Shown: piece after piece, positions 46,607-54,964 of the stretch
Layout: each line of letters opens with the position of its first letter
Numbering within the stretch: the stretch's first letter is position 1
From: a virus
DNA length: 64,000 nucleotides
Virus record (IMG/VR): IMGVR_UViG_3300046724_000152
Coordinates: 11,508-75,507 of that record
Strand: one strand, 5' to 3'
Program-made: the position numbers and the translations under genes
The notes under the pieces: model-generated
Seen by the model: only the letters and a program-made list of their open reading frames with translations
What the model was told of the DNA's origin: nothing
The model's database searches: none

Positions 46607-47560
46607 ATGGCTAAGGAACCAGTAGCGAAGGATCCCAAGCAGGGCGATCTGATCGACAAGATCGAGCTTACTGCTCCGTCCGATGCAGCGGAGATTCCAA
46701 CCCCACCGGAGCCGGAGACCCCAGAGGTCGATGAACCGGAGGCTGAAGATGCCTCTGCTGCACTGCAAAAGCAGATCGAGGCGCTGCGTAAGTCCGAAGG
46801 CATCCAGAAGGACCGGGCCGACCGTTACAGGCAGGAGGCCGAGCAGCATCAGCGGCTTGCCAACGAGCGTGGCCTTGAGGTCGAGAAATCCCGCAAGGAA
46901 AAGCTAGAGGCCGACCTGGGCACGGTCAGCACCGCTCTGAAGGCCGCGCAAGATGCGGCTGAGGCCGCCGAGCGAGACATCAGGACCGCCGAGAATAACG
47001 GCGATGTCGATCTCAAGATCGATGCTTTTAAGCGGCTCACCAAGGCCGAAAACGCTATTTATCAATATGAAAGCGGTAAGCTCGACATCGAGGAGAAGAT
47101 CAAGAGCCCGCCGAAGACCGAACAACCCGTCCAGCAACAGCAGCCAGTGTTGCCGCAACGGGTGCAGAATTGGATAGCCAAGAACAAAGACCGGATCGAT
47201 GAAGAGATCTGGAACGACATGAAGGCCTATCATCCGAAGATAATCAGGGCTGGCTATGCTTTTGATTCGGATGAGTATCTTGCGGACATGGAAGTCAGAT
47301 TGGGATGGCGGGAACGGGAGTCCAAAGATGAGCCGGTTGTTCAGCAGCCCCAGCAAAGGACCTCCATTGTGAGTGCTCCAGTCAGCCGTGAAGCTCCATC
47401 GACCCCGAACAACGACAGGAGCAGCAGTCAGGTTAAGCTGACTCCGGCCCAGCGGGAATATGCCAAGATTGCCGGGGTGTCCGAGAAGGTCTATGCCGAG
47501 CAACTGCAAAAGATCAACAAGATGAAGGCCAACGGCTCTTACGAGCTTAAGGGAGGCTGA
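46607..47560 (+). CDS. Capsid scaffolding protein
   Basis: Acidic N-terminus, coiled coil, C-terminal VKLTPAQREYAKIAGVS...YA. Confidence 0.7.
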   Translation: MAKEPVAKDPKQGDLIDKIELTAPSDAAEIPTPPEPETPEVDEPEAEDASAALQKQIEALRKSEGIQKDRADRYRQEAEQHQRLANERGLEVEKSRKEKLEADLGTVSTALKAAQDAAEAAERDIRTAENNGDVDLKIDAFKRLTKAENAIYQYESGKLDIEEKIKSPPKTEQPVQQQQPVLPQRVQNWIAKNKDRIDEEIWNDMKAYHPKIIRAGYAFDSDEYLADMEVRLGWRERESKDEPVVQQPQQRTSIVSAPVSREAPSTPNNDRSSSQVKLTPAQREYAKIAGVSEKVYAEQLQKINKMKANGSYELKGG

Positions 47561-47562
47561 CC

Positions 47563-48135
47563 ATGGATGAGACCGAAGCCCCAGCCCCGGTGGAGAAGCG
47601 CCGTCCCGGACGACCGAAGAAGCAGCCTGTTGTCGAGCGAGAGCCGCTCCGTGAGCCAACCAAGTACAAGATGAGGGCTGCTCCCAACTGGGAGTCGGTA
47701 GACCCGAATGCCTCGGATTCTCCGGATCGGCTGAAGATCGACCCATCTTTGATCCCCGAGGGCATGTCGGCCATGTGGGTCACCGATACTGTCCTAGGGC
47801 AGGGTGTCCCTCAGCATCGCTCCAAATTCGAGCAGGGCGGCTGGACTCCAATCCATCAGTCCGACTTTGATGGCCAATTCAATGGCATGTTCATGCCCAG
47901 AGATGCCGAAGGCGAGATCAACGTCGAGGGTCTTGTCCTGATGATGCGGCCCAAAGAACTGACGGCCAGGGCCGAGAAGGCCGACAGGCGCAGGGCTCAG
48001 GAGCAGGTTGCCATCAAGGAACAGGCTCTGACTGGTGGCGACATGCCGGGTGTCAGCCTGGATGCTCGTCATCAGAGTGCGACCAATACAAATCGTATTC
48101 GTCGCTCTGTCGAAAGAATTGAGGTCCCGGAATAG
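47563..48135 (+). CDS. Head-module protein
   Basis: Lies between scaffold and capsid genes; GGAGG RBS. Confidence 0.6.
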   Translation: MDETEAPAPVEKRRPGRPKKQPVVEREPLREPTKYKMRAAPNWESVDPNASDSPDRLKIDPSLIPEGMSAMWVTDTVLGQGVPQHRSKFEQGGWTPIHQSDFDGQFNGMFMPRDAEGEINVEGLVLMMRPKELTARAEKADRRRAQEQVAIKEQALTGGDMPGVSLDARHQSATNTNRIRRSVERIEVPE

Positions 48136-48283
48136 CGCCTCTATTGACGAGAGGCGTTATTACCCTGTAAGGCTGTTAACTCGCCTGTATAGGCGAACGG
48201 GGGCGATCCCCAAAATCTACACCTCACGCGCTGTGTGGCTTTTCCGTAGCCGGTCGATTGTGATCGTCTTAGAGGAGGCTGCA

Positions 48284-48967
48284 TTGGCCAACACCAACAA
48301 CCCATTCGGATTCCGGCAGTACGGGCAGCGTGAAGGTTCCGCGCCAACCGCCGGTATGGAACGAGCTTGGATTTCTTCGGCTTACACCAACCCGGTGTTT
48401 ACCGGAGATGCGGTGGTGCGAAGCACCACGCCGAACGGGGCTCAGTATCTGGTGTCGGGCGGCAGCTCGCAGGGTACCGGAGCCACCACCCTTGGTGCAT
48501 CGGTGGCCGTCAACCAGGGCATCTTCCTGGGCTGCAAGTATTACAATTCGAACGTGGGCCGCACCGTCTGGAACAGCTATTGGCCGGGGTCTGGCGCATC
48601 GGGTGACGTAGAAGTCTACGTCTGCACCAACCCGGAACAGCTTTATACGGTGCAGAGCACTTCCGGTGCGGTTCTCGGCTCTTCCAACATTGGCATGATT
48701 CTTCCGCAGTCCACGCTGCTTTCGAGCCAAGGCAATACGCTCACCGGCATCAGCAATATGACGGTCACTTCCAGTCTCGTCACCGGCCTGTCATCTGGCG
48801 GCCAGTGGATGATCGTGGATGTGTATTCCAACGTCGCACCTCCTGGCGTCAACGGCACCTCAACGACTGCCGAGGGCCTTCAGATCGTCGTGGTGCAGCC
48901 GAACAGTGCCATGCGCCGCACTCTGTACGGTGTCGGTGGCGGCTTGGGTGTTGCTTACTCAAGCTAA
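48284..48967 (+). CDS. Capsid decoration / minor head protein (TTG start)
   Basis: GAGGAGG RBS before TTG; ANTNNPFGFR N-terminus; precedes the MCP. Confidence 0.65.
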   Translation: MANTNNPFGFRQYGQREGSAPTAGMERAWISSAYTNPVFTGDAVVRSTTPNGAQYLVSGGSSQGTGATTLGASVAVNQGIFLGCKYYNSNVGRTVWNSYWPGSGASGDVEVYVCTNPEQLYTVQSTSGAVLGSSNIGMILPQSTLLSSQGNTLTGISNMTVTSSLVTGLSSGGQWMIVDVYSNVAPPGVNGTSTTAEGLQIVVVQPNSAMRRTLYGVGGGLGVAYSS

Positions 48968-49059
48968 TAGGTTTCTTGCGACCCTTCTGGGTCTTAACGC
49001 CGGTCGGCAGGAAGCCGACCATACCCAGGAGGTGAGGTTAGGGATAAGGATGTACGGCG

Positions 49060-49974
49060 ATGCCCGTCGCACTTGGACAGATTCGTGACCTTCTGCTTCC
49101 TGGCCTCTGGGGTATCAGCGGCAAATACAACATGATCGAGCGTCAGTGGCCGAAGATCTTCCGGCAGACTGACTCCAACATGGCCCTGGAACGTCGCGCC
49201 GCGATGCGCTTCCTGGGCTTTGCTCAGCTCAAGACGGAAGGTGCCCCGACCGCATTCGACAACGGTGCCGGTCAGCGCTTCGTCTATAACGCCGAGCACT
49301 TCGAGATCGGCCTGGGTTATGCGATCACCCGCAAGGCCATTGACGACAACCTCTACAAATCAGAGTTCGGCCCGTCCAATGACGGACTCATGGAGTCCTT
49401 CAAGGAGACCGAAGAGATCTATGCCGCCAACATCTTCAACACCGGATCCACCTTCAATACTTCGGTGCAGGGTGACGGCGTGGCCTTGTTCAGCTCCTCG
49501 CATCCGACCGATGCCGGTCTGATCTCCAACCGGCCATCTCCAGATGTGGACCTGAACGAAACCTCTCTGCTCAACGCCTTGATCACCATTCGCACCACCT
49601 GGACCGACAACGCCGGTCTGAAGATCCATGCCAGGGGCCGCAAGGTCCTGATCCCACCGAACCTGGAGCCGATTGCGCTTCGGTTGTTCCGTTCCGAGCT
49701 TCGTCCGGGGACGACCACCAACGACGTGAATGCCATCCTGGGTATGAACGATTCCTTGAAGGAAGGGTTCATGGTGTTCGACTATCTGACCTCCGGGTTT
49801 GGCTGGTTCATCCTGACTAACCATGACGGCCTGATCTTCTTCAACCGCAAGCCGTTCGAGATGGATATGTCGGTCGAGTTCACCACCGACAACCTCCTGG
49901 TCAAGGGCTACCAGCGGTATGTGCCATCGTACTATGACTGGCGAGCCGTCTGGGGCACCTACCCGACAAGCTGA
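49060..49974 (+). CDS. Major capsid protein
   Basis: LLPGL, K.EG, LGYAITRKAIDDNLY, GDGVALFSSSHP, R.V...DWR pattern; position in head module. Confidence 0.85.
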   Translation: MPVALGQIRDLLLPGLWGISGKYNMIERQWPKIFRQTDSNMALERRAAMRFLGFAQLKTEGAPTAFDNGAGQRFVYNAEHFEIGLGYAITRKAIDDNLYKSEFGPSNDGLMESFKETEEIYAANIFNTGSTFNTSVQGDGVALFSSSHPTDAGLISNRPSPDVDLNETSLLNALITIRTTWTDNAGLKIHARGRKVLIPPNLEPIALRLFRSELRPGTTTNDVNAILGMNDSLKEGFMVFDYLTSGFGWFILTNHDGLIFFNRKPFEMDMSVEFTTDNLLVKGYQRYVPSYYDWRAVWGTYPTS

Positions 49975-50102
49975 GGAAGTCATGATCTACAATACGTTTC
50001 CGTTCAGGGTCTACAGCGCGGTTCAAGGTGTAACCTTCAATTGCATCTTTGTGCCGTTCGGGACCCAGGCAATAGTGACTCCGCTCTGAGAAGGAACAGA
50101 CC

Positions 50103-50435
50103 ATGGCCCAATCCGTAACACTTGCGTCGTCAGCCGGGACGGCTGCGATAGTTCTGAACCCGGTGGCCAGGACAACCACGGTGATGTTGAGCCAGAGCGT
50201 GGCGACATCGACTGGAGTCATTCAGATCGACGTATCTCTTGACGATCCGTCGATTCCTGGCGGCCCCGCTACCACTTGGGCGTTGCTGAGTTCGGCAGCC
50301 GCGATGACTTCATCGACGGTCGGGTCTCTGATCTATACCGTCCTGACGCCGATTGCTCAGGTCAGGCTCAACTCGACGGCCAACAACACGGCCAACACCT
50401 TCACGCTCAAAGCCCTGCAATCAGTCTCGGCATAA
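50103..50435 (+). CDS. Small beta-rich virion protein
   Basis: Similar to 50914-51282 (VTL.S...LN...TT...LDD...SSA). Confidence 0.55.
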   Translation: MAQSVTLASSAGTAAIVLNPVARTTTVMLSQSVATSTGVIQIDVSLDDPSIPGGPATTWALLSSAAAMTSSTVGSLIYTVLTPIAQVRLNSTANNTANTFTLKALQSVSA

Positions 50436-50447
50436 CAGGAGAGATTT

Positions 50448-50705
50448 ATGGCCAATCGTCACAAGGCCCAGGCTTTTGCCAGGGGCGGCAAGCCAGCCCT
50501 CTCCTATGGCAACAAGGATGTTTCCGCCGCCGCCATGAAGGGCGGCACCAATCCCGGTATCACGCCGATCCAGAAGAAGGAGGGCGGCAAGGTCGAAGGC
50601 AAGGCCTCCGGTGGCCGGTTGGACAAGCGGGCCAGGGGCGGCAAGATCGGCAAGTTCGCCCGTGGTGGCTCGCCGTTCTCATCGGCCTCCAAAGTAAAGG
50701 GGTAG
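50448..50705 (+). CDS. Small basic xxGG-repeat protein, candidate -1 frameshift extension to 50905
   Basis: Six xxGG motifs; A AAG GGG immediately before the stop. Confidence 0.65.
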   Translation: MANRHKAQAFARGGKPALSYGNKDVSAAAMKGGTNPGITPIQKKEGGKVEGKASGGRLDKRARGGKIGKFARGGSPFSSASKVKG

Positions 50706-50913
50706 GTGGTCCCGACAGCTACGCATCCGGTGGCGGGACCGATCACTGGATGCAACATGCTGTGAAGCACAAGGGAGCCTTACGCCAAGCTGCTCATCGG
50801 GCCGGTGAAAGCACAAGCGAGTTTGCCGAGAAGCACAAGAATTCACCTGGGGTAACTGGCCGGAGGGCGAGACTGGCTCTGACCTTTGCGAAATTCCGCC
50901 ACTGAGGTAGCAG

Positions 50914-51282
50914 ATGCCCTACGCGACAGTCACTCTGACCTCAGCCTCGACCAACACCTCCCCGGTAGCCAACCTCAACTGGATTGGCGGCAAGCCCACA
51001 ACGGCTACGGTCCTGGCGACTTCGGTGTCGAGTGGTGCATTCACTCTCCAGTATACGCTGGACGATTTACAGCGGGTTCCATCTACCTTAGTGGCTTGGT
51101 TTGGTGTCAGCAGCGCGATTGGGCAGATCGGCACGATCTTTAGCGCTTCCGGTGCTTATCCAGACGGGGTGACTTATACATTCCCCGGTCCGATTGCTGG
51201 GCTCAGGCTTTTCTCAAGCGCGGCGAATAATGTCAACAATGGCCCGATCTCCCTGAAGGTCCTACAGGGTGAGGGCTGGTGA
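50914..51282 (+). CDS. Small beta-rich virion protein
   Basis: GAGG RBS; paralogue of 50103-50435. Confidence 0.55.
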   Translation: MPYATVTLTSASTNTSPVANLNWIGGKPTTATVLATSVSSGAFTLQYTLDDLQRVPSTLVAWFGVSSAIGQIGTIFSASGAYPDGVTYTFPGPIAGLRLFSSAANNVNNGPISLKVLQGEGW

Positions 51283-51286
51283 GCCG

Positions 51287-51664
51287 ATGTCGGTTATCTA
51301 TAGTCCAACCATCATCGATGCGCGTCTACAAGGCGTTGTAACTGGGTTAGGGAATGCATCGCACTTACTTCTAAATGCAGGTGGAACCACGGTGTCTACG
51401 ATTCAAATGGGCAATCCAGCCGGTACCGTCAGTGGCGGTGTCCTGACCTTTGGCGGAACACTGCTGGATACGTCCGCCGCTGGCACCGGCAATGTAGACA
51501 GCGCCGTCATCAACGATTCCCTGGGAAACTTGGCTATCTCCGGTCTAACGGTGGGGATACCGGGCGGCTCCCAGGACATAATCATTAGCAATGGGCTGAA
51601 TTCCACGTTAATTACTGCGGGGCAAATCGTTGCATTGCTCTCAGCACAAATAACGGGATCCTGA
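51287..51664 (+). CDS. Putative virion structural protein
   Basis: G/T/S-rich beta protein in the structural operon. Confidence 0.55.
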   Translation: MSVIYSPTIIDARLQGVVTGLGNASHLLLNAGGTTVSTIQMGNPAGTVSGGVLTFGGTLLDTSAAGTGNVDSAVINDSLGNLAISGLTVGIPGGSQDIIISNGLNSTLITAGQIVALLSAQITGS

Positions 51665-51667
51665 TTC

Positions 51668-52624
51668 ATGCCCAAGCTCACCGAAACCACCAACGACCAG
51701 CTTCACAAGCGCGGCCCTGGACGGCCTCCGAAGGCCCAAGCCGAAGGCAACGGCAGCTTCCATCTGACTCCTCCACATGAGCCTCTCCCTGGAGAGTCGT
51801 TCGAGATTCCAACCGTGACCTATTCTCCACAGGTCAATTTTACTCAGATCAATACCGTACCAGTTTCATCCGAGGAACCGGCAGCCGCTCCAGCCCCGGC
51901 GCTGAAGATCGCCTTGATTGGCACCGCACCCTCCAGCCGGATGCTGGCCCCCTTCAATGATCCGACTTGGCAGATCTGGTCCTGTTCGCCTGGAAACATG
52001 GGCATCGTGCCGCGTTACGATGCATGGTTCGAGATCCATGGCAGCCTCTTATGGCCCGAGAACAAGCACTATGGCGAGCCCTACATCAAATTCCTCAGCG
52101 AGCAGAAGTGCCCGGTCTACATGCAGGACCAGCGCTATTGCAGGAATGCTTTGACCTACCCGATGCGGGAGATGGTCCAGGAGTTTGGACCGTATTTCTT
52201 CACCTCGTCGTTTTCCTGGATGATTGCCCTGGCGATCAGCAAGGGAGCCACCGAGATTGGCCTCTACGGCATCGATATGGCGAGCCGCGACGAGTACATC
52301 CTGCAACGCCCAGGCATCTATCATTTCTTTAATGAGGCCAAGAAACGTGGTATCAAGGTCTTCGCTCCTTATGAGAGCGACATCATGCAGCCTCCGGGTC
52401 TGTATGGATATTCTGAAGTGACGCCGTATGGCCGAAAGATGATCGCCAGAGCCATGGAGTTGAAAGCAAGACGCGACGAAATGGTGAAGCAGCGTGATGC
52501 TCTGATCCAGAACATCACCTACATCGACGGCGCTATCGAGGACAACGACTACAACCAATCGATCCACGGCGGGATTCAGAACAATACTCACCCGGACTTG
52601 ATGCCGACAGAAGGCAGAACATAA
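51668..52624 (+). CDS. Maf/DUF115/sialyltransferase-like protein
   Basis: KIALIGTAPS...W.IW...FTSSFSWMIALAISKGATEIGLYGIDM motif order. Confidence 0.6.
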   Translation: MPKLTETTNDQLHKRGPGRPPKAQAEGNGSFHLTPPHEPLPGESFEIPTVTYSPQVNFTQINTVPVSSEEPAAAPAPALKIALIGTAPSSRMLAPFNDPTWQIWSCSPGNMGIVPRYDAWFEIHGSLLWPENKHYGEPYIKFLSEQKCPVYMQDQRYCRNALTYPMREMVQEFGPYFFTSSFSWMIALAISKGATEIGLYGIDMASRDEYILQRPGIYHFFNEAKKRGIKVFAPYESDIMQPPGLYGYSEVTPYGRKMIARAMELKARRDEMVKQRDALIQNITYIDGAIEDNDYNQSIHGGIQNNTHPDLMPTEGRT

Positions 52625-52634
52625 GGAGACCGAG

Positions 52635-53153
52635 ATGGCTAACTATGGCGTGACCAATTCTACCAATAACGGTGCCGCTCAGGTTGCCGTTGCGGCTACT
52701 GACATTACGCTGGTGGCGTTGTTTGCCAGCACTATTGCTCCGGCACCGACGATTCAGCTTCGCCGTGGCAAGATGTATGATCTTCTGGTTGGTGCCAACG
52801 GTACCCCGGCGGATAACTCTTTGTCCTGGATTATTCAGAGAGCGACCACTGGTTCGACTCTAACCGGAGCCGGAATGGCATCTAGCAATGCTCTTGGTCT
52901 CGATCAGGCTGATAGCACACCAGCGTCTTATGTCTGTGCTAACTCATCGGTAGAGACTGCTTATACCGTCGTGACAACCAACGTCCCTTGGTATGTGGCA
53001 GTTAACCAACGCGCTTCGTACCGTTGGGTAGCGGCTCCAGGCTCCGAGATTGTTTGGCCAGCCACTAGCTGTTCCGGGATTATTGCTCGTGTCAAATCGG
53101 TCCCATCCGGTTACACCGGAACCGCCACCGCATCGATCATGTGGTCGGAGTAA
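52635..53153 (+). CDS. Putative virion structural protein
   Basis: AGGAG RBS; beta-rich composition. Confidence 0.55.
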   Translation: MANYGVTNSTNNGAAQVAVAATDITLVALFASTIAPAPTIQLRRGKMYDLLVGANGTPADNSLSWIIQRATTGSTLTGAGMASSNALGLDQADSTPASYVCANSSVETAYTVVTTNVPWYVAVNQRASYRWVAAPGSEIVWPATSCSGIIARVKSVPSGYTGTATASIMWSE

Positions 53154-53156
53154 CTA

Positions 53157-53459
53157 ATGCGGAATCCAGGCGGATACGCCACGATAGTTTCCCCGGCGGG
53201 GTCTGTTGCTAACTTTGACAGATTCCGCTGCGAGACCATATCCGCCGGGACCTACGAGACCGATACCGCGACTTGCGGCCATTGTAACAGTGTCCGCCAC
53301 ATCAAGGCGATGCGGCCTATGGACGAGTTCGGCAGCTTCTGCCGAAACTGCATGAAGTACACCTGCCCAACCTGCGCTGATGGCCCCTGTATTCCGTTCG
53401 AGAAGAAGATCGAGGCCATGGAAAACAGAGACCGGATACGCCGATCCTATGGTCTCTAG
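53157..53459 (+). CDS. Cys-rich Zn-binding protein
   Basis: CGHC, CRNC, CPTC. Confidence 0.6.
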   Translation: MRNPGGYATIVSPAGSVANFDRFRCETISAGTYETDTATCGHCNSVRHIKAMRPMDEFGSFCRNCMKYTCPTCADGPCIPFEKKIEAMENRDRIRRSYGL

Positions 53460-54314
53460 ATGGCCAGGACAGTCTTTGCCGAGAGTGTAACCCCGGCATT
53501 CTTCGTGCCGCCACCGGCTGTGGTAGTGCCAACTTATCAAGGCCCTGGCGACATTCTCCCAGGGGCTCTCGCGTGGTATGGACTGCGTGGCTACGCCGCC
53601 ACTTATTCAGGTAAATGCATAGATATCTCAGATGCATCCGGTAGCAATTTTCAGACGATCAATATCGTAGCTAATCGCTTAGATGTAGCATCAGTTGCTT
53701 TTTGGTCCGGTATTTTTGGACAGCCATATATAAACGTCTGGTGGGACCAGACCGGCAATAATGTCCGTCTAGATCCCTTTACGCCATCAGGTTCTCATCG
53801 TCCTATGTTGGTCTTGAATGTTTTGAGCGGATACCCTGTCGCTCGGTTTTCATCCGCTAACAACACGGCACTGACCAACTCTACTGGCTTTACCCAAGCC
53901 CAGCCGTTCTTTGTTTCGTGGGTGGCGCTGAAAACCGGCAGCAATCCTTTTAGCTATGTGGTGACAGATAGCAGCCTCGCTGTGGTCTCGGGTTTTGGCT
54001 TTAGCCTGAATCATATCATTATGTATGCAGGCAGCGCAGCGTCAGTCAGCGCGACCGACAATACTTTCTATGCTGTCCAGCAGAATTTCAACGGCAATAC
54101 AACATCAGATATGATGATCGATGGAGCGTTATCGTCAGGGCTTAGCCCAAGCACCAGTGGAATGTCTGGGCAAATTTATGTTGGAACTGGCGACCCTGTA
54201 ACCGATACTTTCGACGGCGATATCTTGGAGCTTGGCATCTGGGCTGGCAATCAATCCGCCAACGAGGCAGCGCTGAATTCCAATCAACACGGCACCAACG
54301 GGTATAACTTCTAA
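53460..54314 (+). CDS. Concanavalin-like (arabinofuranosidase-B-catalytic-like) fibre/adhesin domain
   Basis: GPGDI..A.AWYGLR...YSG...WWDQTGN...FDGDILELGIW. Confidence 0.6.
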   Translation: MARTVFAESVTPAFFVPPPAVVVPTYQGPGDILPGALAWYGLRGYAATYSGKCIDISDASGSNFQTINIVANRLDVASVAFWSGIFGQPYINVWWDQTGNNVRLDPFTPSGSHRPMLVLNVLSGYPVARFSSANNTALTNSTGFTQAQPFFVSWVALKTGSNPFSYVVTDSSLAVVSGFGFSLNHIIMYAGSAASVSATDNTFYAVQQNFNGNTTSDMMIDGALSSGLSPSTSGMSGQIYVGTGDPVTDTFDGDILELGIWAGNQSANEAALNSNQHGTNGYNF

Positions 54315-54961
54315 TGAGACGCAAACTGTTTGTTCAGAGTGTAGTACCAGCGGTCTTCGTGCAGTCCACGGCTGTCGCGCAATGGAGTACCATTAACAAG
54401 AACATCGACAATTCAATTTTCATGACGACCACAACCAACGACACTATGGAGCCGATTGTCGGTGGTTCCAACTCAGTAGGTGGTATCGGCGCAGTCGCCA
54501 TGAGTGGCACTCAAAAAGTCTATCTGCGGTTTCACGTTGTTATGCCAGGTTTCAAAACTTGTGTTGGAGCAGCCAACCTCACCTACGCTCCATATAACGG
54601 TGATCTTGGTGGCGCTATCGGCTTCAGCATTCTAGCAACAAACACAACTGGATTGTACCGGAATCCTGGAAGTGCCCAGGACAACACGAGCATCTGTTCT
54701 CCAGGCCCCTCCAAAAACTTCATTGTCAACATGGCCTACGATCAATTCGCTGGCCTTGTTTGGTTTGACCAGGGGTCTGGGTGGAACGACCTCATGACTC
54801 CACCGCAAAATCCAAATGGTGGTCTAGGCGGTGCTGCGGTCGCAGGTGGACCGTGGAATTACATCGCGGCAAATTCTTTCAGTAATACTGACTACATTCA
54901 AGGCCTATTCACCGATACGACCGGTATGCCAAGCGGCTACTCACTCCCACCAGCGGTCTGA
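54314..54961 (+). CDS. SPRY/lectin-like beta-sandwich virion protein
   Basis: MAYD...LVWF...W...P.GYS pattern. Confidence 0.45.
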   Translation: MRRKLFVQSVVPAVFVQSTAVAQWSTINKNIDNSIFMTTTTNDTMEPIVGGSNSVGGIGAVAMSGTQKVYLRFHVVMPGFKTCVGAANLTYAPYNGDLGGAIGFSILATNTTGLYRNPGSAQDNTSICSPGPSKNFIVNMAYDQFAGLVWFDQGSGWNDLMTPPQNPNGGLGGAAVAGGPWNYIAANSFSNTDYIQGLFTDTTGMPSGYSLPPAV

Positions 54962-54964
54962 TCC

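Noticed and set aside
48136-48200. Sigma70 promoter at TTGACG 48144
   Set aside because: No convincing -10 element at 16-18 nt spacing, and the hexamer lies within a hairpin
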